From: Candidatus Niyogibacteria bacterium
GTDB taxonomy: Bacteria; Patescibacteriota; Minisyncoccia; JACROR01
Assembly: GCA_016214345.1 (NCBI GenBank)
Contig: JACROR010000009.1
Coordinates: 66,447 to 130,446, forward strand
Reading direction: 5' to 3'
DNA length: 64,000 bases
In this document: positions 1 through 9,674 of the stretch, piece by piece
How positions within the stretch are numbered: the first letter of the stretch is position 1
Layout: each line of letters opens with the position of its first letter
The notes under the pieces: model-generated
Databases searched by the model: none
Told to the model about the DNA's origin: nothing
What the model saw: only the letters and a program-made list of their open reading frames with translations
Translations under genes and position numbers: made by a program

Positions 1-189
1 GTAGTCGGTAATGCCTTGAATTTTTCTGCCGGAACCAAAATTTATACCTGGAAAAAAGAAGAAGGCAAAATATCGTCCAAAGAATCCTCTCTGCCAAAAG
101 AGTCGCCCGCCGCTCCCAAATTAACCGAACGCAAACTCAAAGAATTATCGTGGAGTTTGGATATTTATAAAAGTTCACCCAAAGCATGA
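1..189 (+). CDS. PrgI-family membrane protein, 3' end only (partial)
   Basis: Frame 1 is open from base 1 to TGA 187-189 (..IYTWKK..PKLTERKLKELSWSLDIYKSSPKA*). It overlaps the next gene by ATGA and sits upstream of the VirB4-like pair, as in CPR loci. Confidence 0.6.
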   Translation, partial: VVGNALNFSAGTKIYTWKKEEGKISSKESSLPKESPAAPKLTERKLKELSWSLDIYKSSPKA

Positions 190-830
190 GCCCATCCACC
201 CAACAAATAATTCCCATATCGGAAATACGAGACGACGTGATCACCCTTAAAGACGGGTCGCTCCGCATGATTCTTATGGCGTCCTCCATAAACTTCGCGT
301 TAAAATCCAAAGACGAACAGACGGCCATAATCTCCCAGTACCAATTTTTTTTAAACACCCTGGACTTCTCCATGCAATTTTTCATACAATCTTCCGAGTT
401 GGACATCAGTCCATATCTGGGATTGCTGAAAACGCAGGAAAAAACGCAAACCAATGAATTACTTAAGGTGCAAACCAGGGAGTACGCGGAATTTATAAAA
501 AATTTCGTGGAAGCTGCGCACATTATGTCCAAAACTTTTTACATTTCCGTCCCTTACACGCCCAACGCCATGAAAGCCGTTAGCGGAGGAATAAGCGGCA
601 TATTCCAAAACTTTATGGGCAAAAATAAAACCTCTGAAAAAATTTCCGGAGAACAATTTACGGAATATAAAAACCAGCTTTGGCAAAGAATGGACATTGT
701 CAGCTCCGGTCTGGCTCGTTGCGGCGTGCATACCGTGCCGCTTAAAACCGAAGAATTGATAGAATTATTTTACGGCATATACAACCCGGGAGAAATTGCT
801 ACGGGGCTTTTACCGGAAATCAAACAATAA
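186..830 (+). CDS. VirB4/TraC-associated protein (N-terminal-domain-like partner)
   Basis: 214 aa (SINFALKSKDEQ..FLNTLDF..QFFIQS); lies immediately upstream of the VirB4-like ATPase. Confidence 0.65.
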   Translation: MSPSTQQIIPISEIRDDVITLKDGSLRMILMASSINFALKSKDEQTAIISQYQFFLNTLDFSMQFFIQSSELDISPYLGLLKTQEKTQTNELLKVQTREYAEFIKNFVEAAHIMSKTFYISVPYTPNAMKAVSGGISGIFQNFMGKNKTSEKISGEQFTEYKNQLWQRMDIVSSGLARCGVHTVPLKTEELIELFYGIYNPGEIATGLLPEIKQ

Positions 831-833
831 TTC

Positions 834-2651
834 ATGGCATTCTTAGACTTCTTAAAATCAAAAAAGAAAGGTGGGGAAGAAATTCTACCGGTGTACCCCT
901 CGGAAATATACGAGGCGGGCGCTCTGGAACTGAAAGACATATTGGCGCCTTCCGCTATAGAAGTTACCTCCAACTACATTAAACTGGGAGATAAGATAGC
1001 TAAAACTATATTTGTTTTCTCCTATCCGCGCTATCTATCCACGGATTGGTTTTCTCCGATCATCAACTTGGACCAAGTATTTAACATATCAATTTTCATA
1101 CATCCCATAAGCACGGAAACGGTATTAAAACAATTGCAAAATAAAGTGGCGGAGGTTCAATCGCAAACCAGCATACGCTCCGAAAAAGGTCTGGTGCGCG
1201 ATCCGATATTGGATACGGCGCTTCGCGATCTGGAAGTGCTCCGCGACAAACTGCAACAAGCGGAAGAAAAGCTTTTTAGCGTGGGAATTTATCTTACCAT
1301 ATTCGGGAAAACGCTTGAAGAATTGAACAATAATGAAGCTGAAATACGACACCTCCTGGAATCCAAACTGGTGCGCACCAAACCGGCATTATTCCAGCAA
1401 ATAGAAGGATTGGACAGCGTGCTCCCTTATAACACGGACAAACTTCAAGTTAATAGCAGACTGAATTCCGAACCGCTTTCCAGCATTTTCCCGTTCGTGT
1501 CTTCGGATCTTACTTCGGACAAAGGAATACTCTATGGGATCAACCGCCACAATAACAGTCTTATACTTTTTGATAGATTCAGCCTGGAAAATTACAATTC
1601 CGTTATTTTCGCCAAGTCCGGATCAGGAAAATCCTACACCACCAAGTTGGAAATTTTAAGATCGCTCATGTTCGGCGTAGACGTAATAGTCATAGATCCG
1701 GAACGGGAATACGAATACTTGGCCGAAGCGGTAGACGGGCGGCATATTAATATATCACTGACCTCAAAAAATCATATCAATCCCTTTGATCTTCCGGTGG
1801 CGCGCGAAGACGAATCCCCGGCGGACGTTTTACGGTCCCACATCATAAACCTGATCGGGCTATTCCGCATCATGTTGGGAGGATTAACTCCCCAAGAAGA
1901 CTCCCTCTTGGACCAGGCCATCGCGGAAACTTATGCTTCACGCGACATAACCGTAGAATCGGATTTTTCCAAAGCAACGCCGCCCATACTTTCAGACCTG
2001 GAAATGGTGCTGATGAGTACGGAAGGGGGAGAAAATCTCGCGCAACGGATGAAAAAATACACCATGGGCAGCTGGGCCGGATTTTTGAACCAACCCACTA
2101 ATATAGACATGAATAAAAATTTTATCGTCTTTTCCGTGCGCGACATGGAAGACGAATTAAAGCCCGTAGCCATGTATCTCATCACTCATTATATATGGAA
2201 TGCCGTGCGGTTAAATTTAAAAAAGCGCCTGCTCATCATTGATGAGGCGTGGTGGATGATGAAAACCGAAGACGGCGCGTCATTTCTTTTCGGCATGGCC
2301 AAAAGAGCGCGAAAATATTATCTGGGAGTCGCGACCATAACGCAGGACGTGGAAGATTTTTTAAAATCTCCTTACGGAAAACCCCTCATTACCAACTCCT
2401 CCATGCAACTTTTGCTCCGCCAGTCTCCGGCGGCGATTGATCGCTTGCAAGAAGTGATGAATTTGACCGACGAAGAAAAGTATTTGCTTTTGGAGGCGGA
2501 CATGGGGGAGGGAATATTTTTCGCGGGCTTAAAACATGTCGCCATAAAAGTACTCGCCTCTTATACCGAAGACCAAATTATAACCTCTGACCCGGGCCAG
2601 CTTATGGCCATAAAAAAAGCCAAGGAGGAATTCAAGCAAACGCAAAGCTAA
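834..2651 (+). CDS. VirB4-like (TraE/ConE-type) type IV secretion ATPase
   Basis: 605 aa; Walker A AKSGSGKS, IDPEREY, Walker B LIIDEAW, and KRARKY..ITQ motif. Confidence 0.9.
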   Translation: MAFLDFLKSKKKGGEEILPVYPSEIYEAGALELKDILAPSAIEVTSNYIKLGDKIAKTIFVFSYPRYLSTDWFSPIINLDQVFNISIFIHPISTETVLKQLQNKVAEVQSQTSIRSEKGLVRDPILDTALRDLEVLRDKLQQAEEKLFSVGIYLTIFGKTLEELNNNEAEIRHLLESKLVRTKPALFQQIEGLDSVLPYNTDKLQVNSRLNSEPLSSIFPFVSSDLTSDKGILYGINRHNNSLILFDRFSLENYNSVIFAKSGSGKSYTTKLEILRSLMFGVDVIVIDPEREYEYLAEAVDGRHINISLTSKNHINPFDLPVAREDESPADVLRSHIINLIGLFRIMLGGLTPQEDSLLDQAIAETYASRDITVESDFSKATPPILSDLEMVLMSTEGGENLAQRMKKYTMGSWAGFLNQPTNIDMNKNFIVFSVRDMEDELKPVAMYLITHYIWNAVRLNLKKRLLIIDEAWWMMKTEDGASFLFGMAKRARKYYLGVATITQDVEDFLKSPYGKPLITNSSMQLLLRQSPAAIDRLQEVMNLTDEEKYLLLEADMGEGIFFAGLKHVAIKVLASYTEDQIITSDPGQLMAIKKAKEEFKQTQS

Positions 2652-3122
2652 AAACGAAAAGCGCAAAATAATAAAAACTATGATTCAAACGCGATGAACG
2701 AAGAAGAGCAAATATCAACAGAACTACGAGCGGCGCAGCTGCAAAATATGAAAAAGGGTGGCGAGTCGGCAAAAAATCCTATGAAGCCCGTGGTATTTGC
2801 CCTATCTTTCCGTCAAAAAATATTAGAACATAAAATAATACTGATCACGGCGGCATTTTTTGATATCATCGCGATGATTCCCTTTGTAAGCATCGCAACC
2901 AACCCGGCGTTCGGCTTGATTTTATTCTTGTATTTTGGACCAAAAAGCAAGAAAGGGTCGGAATTTTTGAAAATCGCCCTGCCCACCGGCATAGGAACCA
3001 TTGCGGACACCGTAAGTAGCGCGATACCCTTCGCCGACCTTATACCTTTCAATATAGGCGTAGCGCTTATCAGAATAGCGCTTAGTTAAAAAAATAAATT
3101 GATTTTCGCTTTTCGTTTTTAG
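2648..3122. repeat. 16-bp perfect inverted repeat bracketing ORF 2694-3089
   Basis: CTAAAAACGAAAAGCG (2648-2663) and its reverse complement CGCTTTTCGTTTTTAG (3107-3122). Confidence 0.75.
2694..3089 (+). CDS. hypothetical membrane protein
   Basis: 131-aa ORF with hydrophobic segments; co-oriented with the cluster. Confidence 0.7.
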   Translation: MNEEEQISTELRAAQLQNMKKGGESAKNPMKPVVFALSFRQKILEHKIILITAAFFDIIAMIPFVSIATNPAFGLILFLYFGPKSKKGSEFLKIALPTGIGTIADTVSSAIPFADLIPFNIGVALIRIALS

Positions 3123-3167
3123 TTATTAGTTTGTTTGGTATAATAATATTGTAAGATCATAAATCCA

Positions 3168-4184
3168 ATGACACTAAAACGCGAGACCATATTTATAATA
3201 TCCGGCGTCCTCCTTATGGCGGCGGGGCCTTTATCGCCAAAACTTATTTACGCTCAAGAAGCCTTGCCGCCATTCACAGGCACGAAACTTTTTTCCATAA
3301 AATTAACCCCGAATTATCCCAAACCAAACACCGCCGTAACGGCAGAAATCCTAACTTACCGCTTTGACGAAGATCGCGCCAATATTATTTGGCAAATAAA
3401 CGGCAAAACCGTAGCCCAAGGATTAGGAGTTAAAACCATAACGTTTCAGAGTCCGGACACGGGAAAAACCCAAAAAATAACCGCCTATGTAACTACGATA
3501 GAAGGCAATCAAGAAAGCCAATTGCTTAATTTAACCATACATGACGTGGATCTTCTCGTAGACGCGCTCACTTATGTTCCGCCCGGATACCGAGGCAAAG
3601 CCTGGCCCACCTTGCAATCCAGCATAAGAATATCGGCAATTCCATATCTTTTCAAAAATGGCAAAAAACTGCCGCCCGAAACCCTGATTTATGAATGGTC
3701 GTTTGATACCAAAAAAAATATACCGGCTTCCGGCGCCAATAAAGATTCTTTTGTGGCACAATTGCCAGACTCCGATGACTACCTCGTAACCTTAAAATTA
3801 TCCGACCAAGCGGACGAAATAAATTTTGAAAAAAGTATTATGTTAACTGCCAGAAAGACTTCCCCTGAAATTATCTTTTATGAAGATAATCCGCTGGAAG
3901 GGCCGATCTATGCCAAAGCGCTTTCCGGCGCCATAAAACTTAGCCAAGGCGCGATTAATCTGCGAGCTGAACCTTTTTATTTCTCTAAAGAAAATATTTC
4001 TGCCCTGACTTATGGGTGGAGCATGAATGACCAGCCGACGCCGACCGAAGAAAAGCCCAATGTTTTAAACTTGCGCGCTCCTGAAAATACTACCGGAGAA
4101 ACGGTAATAAATTTAACCATAAAAAACCTGTCGCGCCTCTTACAATCCGCGGACGCGACACTGCGTGTAATGTTCGGGCAATAA
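3168..4184 (+). CDS. secreted protein with probable Ig-like/PKD-like repeats
   Basis: Signal peptide followed by three beta-rich segments containing WQINGK, YEWSFD and YGWSMN. Confidence 0.7.
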   Translation: MTLKRETIFIISGVLLMAAGPLSPKLIYAQEALPPFTGTKLFSIKLTPNYPKPNTAVTAEILTYRFDEDRANIIWQINGKTVAQGLGVKTITFQSPDTGKTQKITAYVTTIEGNQESQLLNLTIHDVDLLVDALTYVPPGYRGKAWPTLQSSIRISAIPYLFKNGKKLPPETLIYEWSFDTKKNIPASGANKDSFVAQLPDSDDYLVTLKLSDQADEINFEKSIMLTARKTSPEIIFYEDNPLEGPIYAKALSGAIKLSQGAINLRAEPFYFSKENISALTYGWSMNDQPTPTEEKPNVLNLRAPENTTGETVINLTIKNLSRLLQSADATLRVMFGQ

Positions 4185-4190
4185 AAAAAT

Positions 4191-4940
4191 ATGAAATACT
4201 TTCCAAATAAAATCACGATTTTAACCATTATAGCCGCTGTTTTAGTATTGACGCCAATACTAACCTACGGATATACTTTTTTGGCGCCATTGCCCGGACT
4301 TGAAAAAACAATAGAAGGATCAAGCCTGTTCTCCGCATACCTTTCCGCCCTGTTTCGTTTTGCCATAGTAATAGCCTCCATACTGGCCGTAATAGTTATA
4401 ATAATCGCCGGACTGAAATACATAGGCGCCGCGGGCAATACCGCCGTCGTTAATGACGCCAAAGATCAAATATACTGGGCCGTTTTAGGACTCATTCTCG
4501 CGCTTTCTTCCTGGTTGATTTTAAGTATCATCAATCCTAAACTTTTAGTATTAAAACTGGGAGTAACCTCCACAAAGCTAATTCAAGCCCCAAACGCTGA
4601 AAGCCTGTTTTCCGGCGCTTATTGTGGTCAGTTCACAGAAAACAGCGCGTGCACCGCAGACGCTAGTTGCACCTGTAAATGCCTAGTCGGACAAGCGGCG
4701 GCAACAACTTGCAATAGCCTGAATCAGAGCGATTGCTCAGAAAATGCATATTGCAAATGGTGGTTCGCTTCAAACACATGTAACCCGCTAATAAAAGTTA
4801 AATGCCAATATAAAAATACCACCTTAAACTGCCAAACCGGACCTAAATGCGGCATATTTCCTGAGACAGATACACTGTGTTGTATGGGCTCTGCTGTGAA
4901 ATGTCAGCCATCTTCCGCAATTACCGTAACTCCGCAATAA
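4191..4940 (+). CDS. VirB2/TrbC-like pilin with Cys-rich C-terminal domain
   Basis: Signal peptide; LAVIVIIIAGLKYI..AKDQIYWAVLGLILALSSWLILSIINP two-TM pilin core; 15 Cys in the C-terminal ~100 aa. Confidence 0.75.
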   Translation: MKYFPNKITILTIIAAVLVLTPILTYGYTFLAPLPGLEKTIEGSSLFSAYLSALFRFAIVIASILAVIVIIIAGLKYIGAAGNTAVVNDAKDQIYWAVLGLILALSSWLILSIINPKLLVLKLGVTSTKLIQAPNAESLFSGAYCGQFTENSACTADASCTCKCLVGQAAATTCNSLNQSDCSENAYCKWWFASNTCNPLIKVKCQYKNTTLNCQTGPKCGIFPETDTLCCMGSAVKCQPSSAITVTPQ

Positions 4941-4945
4941 ATAAT

Positions 4946-6103
4946 ATGAACCGCAAAAAATTAATTATTATCATATCCGCCGCTTTAATCCTGATTATAT
5001 TGGGAGGGGTTTTAATTTATTATTTTTACATCAGAAGCGTGCCCGTAGCGCAAAGAGGCGTTATCGGCAGACTTTTCCCGACACCGACGGAAAAAATCGG
5101 TCCGTCATCCGCGACATCCGGACAAATTACGCCGCCGACAACCTCGGAAAAGGTAGGACAACTAGTCCACCTGACAGATATCGCGATAGCCGGCATGAAA
5201 GAAATGCCTTTTGGCCGAGCGCGATATATAGAAAAATCCACCGGCCATGTATATGAAATAAGCGGAGACGGATCCGACCGCGTGCGCGTTTCCAATACCA
5301 CCATACCCAAAATCTGGAGCGCTGAATGGTCGCCCAAGGGCGATAAGGCGGTGTTGGGCATTTTTGACGATGCGGGCATTAAGTACTTTTCCGCCATATT
5401 CAATGGCACGAGCACCGAAGGCGTATTTTTACCGGACAACGCCAATTTCGGATCATACGCGCCCAACCAAGATAAAATTCTTTACGCGACAACCTTAAAC
5501 GACAAAACAACTTTAATTACCGCGAATGCCAGCAATACCAAACAGGATAAACTTTATATTGCTCCGCCGGCAGAATTTTTGTTGGACTGGCCGGCAACTG
5601 ATACTGTTTCTCTACTAACCCGTCCCTCCGGAGCAGTCAGCGGTTTTCTTTATAACTTAGATATCAAAACAAAGGCTTTGGAAAAAATTGTTGGCGACAT
5701 CAAAGGATTGGACGCCTTGTGGTCAATCAAGGGCGATAAAATTTTAATCTCCGCGGGCGGAACAAGCCTTTCTTCGCGCGTGGTGTCTCTTACCGGAGAA
5801 ACCTTAGCCGAAGGACGAAAAACTCTTGCCGAAAAATGCGCGTGGAGCGCGTCAAAAGAAAACATTCTTTATTGCGCCATACCCACTCAAATTCCCAACG
5901 GCAATTATCCGGACGATTGGTTCAAGGGCAAAGCGTCTTTCCAAGATTATATTTTAAAAATAGACCTCTTAACGCAAGATATTACATTAATCCTTGCTCG
6001 ATCAACATTTGACATTCAAAAAATGTTAATAGGACAAGATGATAAATATCTTTATTTCATAGACAAAAATGACGGCACGCTTTGGGGGCTGAACATGGAA
6101 TAA
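4946..6103 (+). CDS. membrane-anchored beta-propeller-like (TolB/WD40-like) protein
   Basis: Start set at ATG 4946 (MNRKKLIII..); N-terminal TM; repeated WSPKGD/WSIKGD-type blades. Confidence 0.7.
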   Translation: MNRKKLIIIISAALILIILGGVLIYYFYIRSVPVAQRGVIGRLFPTPTEKIGPSSATSGQITPPTTSEKVGQLVHLTDIAIAGMKEMPFGRARYIEKSTGHVYEISGDGSDRVRVSNTTIPKIWSAEWSPKGDKAVLGIFDDAGIKYFSAIFNGTSTEGVFLPDNANFGSYAPNQDKILYATTLNDKTTLITANASNTKQDKLYIAPPAEFLLDWPATDTVSLLTRPSGAVSGFLYNLDIKTKALEKIVGDIKGLDALWSIKGDKILISAGGTSLSSRVVSLTGETLAEGRKTLAEKCAWSASKENILYCAIPTQIPNGNYPDDWFKGKASFQDYILKIDLLTQDITLILARSTFDIQKMLIGQDDKYLYFIDKNDGTLWGLNME

Positions 6104-6110
6104 AACGCGA

Positions 6111-6152
6111 TAATAAAAATCTCCCGCTTTTATGGCGGGGAATTTTTATTAT
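6111..6152. terminator. bidirectional intrinsic terminator
   Basis: AATAAAAATCTCCCGC-TTTTAT-GGCGGGGAATTTTTATT between convergent genes. Confidence 0.7.
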
Positions 6153-6162
6153 ATCCTTTAAT

Positions 6163-6642
6163 TTAAATATATGGCTTAATAACCACGCGCCTTTCTTCTC
6201 CTTCTCCCATGCTTTCCGTAATTATGTCAGGATATTCGGTTAAGGCGCTGTGCACCACCCTCCTGTCATACGCGCTCATGGGTTGCATGACCACGGCTTT
6301 TTTAAAATACCTCACTCTTTGCGCGTGTATTTTTGCCAGATCCTTTAAAGACTCGTTTTTTTGCCGCTGATAATCATTCACATCCAAAAAAAACCGCACA
6401 TCCTCCCCCTCGGCAAGCGAACCGCTTTTTACTATTTTCTTAATCACATGATTCAAGGCCGCGAGTCCCGCCCCCTTATTACCTATAAGCATGCCGCCAT
6501 CTCTTACTCTCACGGCAAACTGGACCTCTTCCGAATGCAAAACGTCATCAACCGTAGCGTCAATTCCCATCTTACCGATGAGCTGTTGGATCGCTGTTTT
6601 TATTTCTTGAATGCGTTGTGATCGTTGATCTGTCTCGCCCAT
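6163..6642 (-). CDS. jag: Jag/KhpB (EloR) KH-R3H RNA-binding protein
   Basis: LIGNKG KH motif; PMSAYDRRVVH R3H motif; follows yidC. Confidence 0.9.
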   Translation of the reverse strand: MGETDQRSQRIQEIKTAIQQLIGKMGIDATVDDVLHSEEVQFAVRVRDGGMLIGNKGAGLAALNHVIKKIVKSGSLAEGEDVRFFLDVNDYQRQKNESLKDLAKIHAQRVRYFKKAVVMQPMSAYDRRVVHSALTEYPDIITESMGEGEERRVVIKPYI

Positions 6643-7390
6643 ATTGTGATCTTAAAATGTTGGCCTGCCTGTCCGGTAGGCGGGCCCGACGCCGAACCGT
6701 ACTTTCATGCACTATAGCAAAAATATTCGTAGTCGTCCAGTACAACGAAACCACGGCAGGAAAGCTCATGGATATAAACGCTATGAATGCCGGCAAAACA
6801 TACGTGGTTTGCAGGCGCATGGCGCGCGAAAAATCAGACTGAAAAGATTTTACTTCTCCCTTTTTTGGCGGCAAAGGGGGTTGCGCGAGGCGCATTTGCA
6901 CAAATTGCGAGATTCCCGCCAACAGCGCGAAAACCAGGCTCGGTTTTTGCAGATCAAGCAATCCGAAAAAATTCATATTTATGGTTTCCGGTCTTGTCAC
7001 AAAAAAATACAACTCATTGGCGGAAAAATCCAAACCGCGCCAAAAAAGATAATAAAGGGCTATGAGGATCGGAAGCTGAACCAAAGCCACCAAGCAACCG
7101 GACAAGGGATTAACACCATGCTCCTTGTAAAGCTCCATGGTGCGCTTAGCCTGCTCTTCTTTATTATCCTTGTACTTATCACGCAGCGCCGCCATGTGCG
7201 GCTCCAATTCTTTCATTTTAACCTGCGCGCGAACGGATTTATGCGTTAACGGAAACAGGGCGATCCTTACCAATACGGTAAGCGCCACAACCGCCAGGCC
7301 CATATCGTGTCCGGGCATGATATCCACCAAAAAAACCAGGGCGTTGAAAAGCGGACGATAAAGAAATTCGTTATAAATAAAATAAAACAT
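6572..7390 (-). CDS. yidC: membrane protein insertase YidC
   Basis: ELYKEHGVNPLSGC..QLPIL and LYWTTTN motifs; conserved gene order. Confidence 0.95.
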   Translation of the reverse strand: MFYFIYNEFLYRPLFNALVFLVDIMPGHDMGLAVVALTVLVRIALFPLTHKSVRAQVKMKELEPHMAALRDKYKDNKEEQAKRTMELYKEHGVNPLSGCLVALVQLPILIALYYLFWRGLDFSANELYFFVTRPETINMNFFGLLDLQKPSLVFALLAGISQFVQMRLAQPPLPPKKGEVKSFQSDFSRAMRLQTTYVLPAFIAFISMSFPAVVSLYWTTTNIFAIVHESTVRRRARLPDRQANILRSQYGRDRSTITTHSRNKNSDPTAHR

Positions 7391-7393
7391 GGT

Positions 7394-7606
7394 TTATGCC
7401 AAATGATCAATTTGCGGATCCTGCCAGGGATGGCAACGCAAAATGCGCCTGACTCCTAAAAAATTCCCGCGCATTACGCCGTATTTTTGCAGCGCCAACA
7501 AATAATATTCCGAACATGACGGATAAAAAACACAGTGTCCTGGCCATTTTAATATTCCGCGGACGTATTGATAAATTTTCACCCAAAAAATAAAAAAATA
7601 TTTCAT
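7394..7606 (-). CDS. yidD: membrane protein insertion efficiency factor
   Basis: CVFYPSCSEY..RILRCHPW motif. Confidence 0.9.
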   Translation of the reverse strand: MKYFFIFWVKIYQYVRGILKWPGHCVFYPSCSEYYLLALQKYGVMRGNFLGVRRILRCHPWQDPQIDHLA

Positions 7607-7615
7607 GTTGCAATA

Positions 7616-7969
7616 TTATTGGACGATTGGCGCAGAGGCAAGTCCGGACATTTTAAATAAATCTAAAATGTTTTTTAATAATTGCGCGCGCGACAACTCC
7701 GCGGCTCCGCTTTTAAAAACCAAAATAACGGCGTAACCGTCTTTAATATTGAAAAGGTTTTCCCTAATGATGGAATACGCCCGACGGCGTAACTTATTTC
7801 TCAAAATGGCCCTTTTAGAAACCTTTAAAGAAATTACACAAGCAAACCGACCGGGACCTTTGCTCGGCACAAAAAATAAGTGAATGAAATGACTGAATGT
7901 TCTTTGGCCTGACCGATAAATAACCTCAAAATTTTTTCTGCCGCTGATCTTGCGGCTCTTAGGCAGCAT
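7616..7969 (-). CDS. rnpA: RNase P protein component
   Basis: KVSKRAILRNKLRRR RNR motif; conserved gene order. Confidence 0.9.
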   Translation of the reverse strand: MLPKSRKISGRKNFEVIYRSGQRTFSHFIHLFFVPSKGPGRFACVISLKVSKRAILRNKLRRRAYSIIRENLFNIKDGYAVILVFKSGAAELSRAQLLKNILDLFKMSGLASAPIVQ

Positions 7970-7977
7970 ATTTTTTA

Positions 7978-8112
7978 TTACGCCGCGAGTTTCTTACGTC
8001 CTTTATGGCGTCTTTGTTTCAAAATGGCGCGTCCGTTAGAGGTTTTGCTCCTTTTTAAAAAACCGTGCGTGCGCGCTCGTTTTCTTTTTTTGGGTTGATA
8101 AGTTATAGACAT
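7978..8112 (-). CDS. rpmH: 50S ribosomal protein L34 (not in ORF track)
   Basis: Translated by hand: [44 protein letters not shown]. Confidence 0.95.
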   Translation of the reverse strand: MSITYQPKKRKRARTHGFLKRSKTSNGRAILKQRRHKGRKKLAA

Positions 8113-8190
8113 AAAATTTTATTAAAAACTGACGTTTAACGCCGACACCGTAAGGATTTATTTATTATACAACATACAAATTAAAAAACA

Positions 8191-8210
8191 ATATTCACAA
8201 GTAATCCACA
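8191..8210 (+). promoter_or_regulatory. two DnaA-box-like 9-mers upstream of dnaA
   Basis: ATATTCACA (8191-8199) and TAATCCACA (8202-8210), each 1 mismatch to TTATNCACA. Confidence 0.55.
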
Positions 8211-8310
8211 TATTAGTAACATTCTATTAGGGTTTGGCGTGAAAATGTCTATTTGTGCGAAGACCGTGATGATTAGTATAATAATCCTATATTAATATTT
8301 TAAAAAAATC

Positions 8311-9431
8311 ATGACCAATCAAGAATTATGGAAAGCGGCATTGGGCGAAATTGAACTGGAACTTTCTAAGGCCAACTTCCTGACTTGGTTTAAAAATACG
8401 GCCATAGCGGATCAAAAAGAGGGGGTGATAACCGTAAGCGTGCCGAACACCTTCATAAAAGAATGGATGGAAGATAAATATCATAAATTAATTCTAAAAT
8501 CGCTTCGCAATTATTCCCGAGACATACGCAATATAGAATATAACATCTCATCGGATCTTTTAACGGGCGCGCCAAAAACCAACAAAGCCAAAGATGTCGG
8601 AAAAGAACCGCCCGCTCCGGAAAGCCAGCTTGAATTCAAAGAATTTCAAATAGACAAAGAAACCAACCTTAACCCGCGCTACACTTTTGAAACTTTCATT
8701 GTCGGTGAATTCAATGAAATGGCTCATGCCGCTTCGCTGTCCATAACTAAAAATTTAGGCCGCCTTTATAATCCACTCTTTATTTATGGCGGAGTTGGTT
8801 TGGGCAAAACGCACCTGACCCAGGCGTTAGGCAACGCCATCAAACAAAGCGACCCGGACATCAAAATCAAGTATTTAAGTTCTGAAAAATTCGCCAGCGA
8901 CTTTGTTTCGGCAATGCAAAATGCCGAAATTCCGGAATTCAAAACCAAGCATCGCAAATATGACGTTTTGATACTGGATGACGTGCAATTTTTAGCCAGT
9001 AAAATGAAAGTGCAGGAAGTATTTTTTGATATCTTCAACGAGCTTTATGACAACAATAAACAAATTATCTTATCGGCCGATCGTCCACCCAAGTCATTTA
9101 AAGAACTGGAAGAGCGAATACGGTCCCGCTTTGAAGGGGGGCTTATGGTTCACATCTCGGAACCGGACTACGAATCGCGCCTGGCCATCTTGAAAGCAAA
9201 GGCTGAAGCCAAAAAATTCAACCCGTCCAATGAAATACTTGAATTTATAGCGTCATACATCTAAGAGAGGATTTTAACGGATCTTATCCCTACATAGGCC
9301 AAAAATTCGGAGGAAGAGACCACACTACGGCTATTCACTCTTATTTAAAAGTTGCCCAGGATATAAAAAAGGGGGGGAGGGTTGTGGAAGAAATAAAAAC
9401 CATACGAGAAAATCTTTACAATACCGTTTAA
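8311..9431 (+). pseudogene. dnaA: dnaA interrupted by an internal frameshifting deletion (real or assembly artefact)
   Basis: ORF 8311-9264 (317 aa) has NPLFIYGGVGLGKTH and LILDDVQF but stops at IASYI*. The -1 frame 9261-9431 encodes LREDFNGSYPYIGQKFGGRDHTTAIH.. (domain IV C-terminus). The RELEGA helix and the start of domain IV are missing. Confidence 0.85.
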
Positions 9432-9674
9432 TTGTTAATAAGCTCTGAAAAACATATTCATAAAATCTTAATAAAAAATCAAAAAAATCCTTTCAAATTT
9501 ACCACGCCCGAATAATTAACAGTAAACTCATATTTTTTCAACAATTTATTAATTTTAAAAATCACAAAAAGTATTTAAGAGCAACGTATTTGATTCAAAT
9601 ACACTTATTAACACCGCTAATAATAACAATAAATTTTAAATATTTTATAAATACTTATAATTAATTAAAAAAAT
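9432..9674. other. probable oriC (dnaA-dnaN spacer)
   Basis: AT-rich; box variants TGTTAATAA 9433, TTTTCAACA 9535 and TTATTAACA 9605, the last followed by CCGC, TAA-TAA-TAA-CAA-TAA trios and an AT tract; apparent C-to-G skew switch nearby. Confidence 0.75.
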
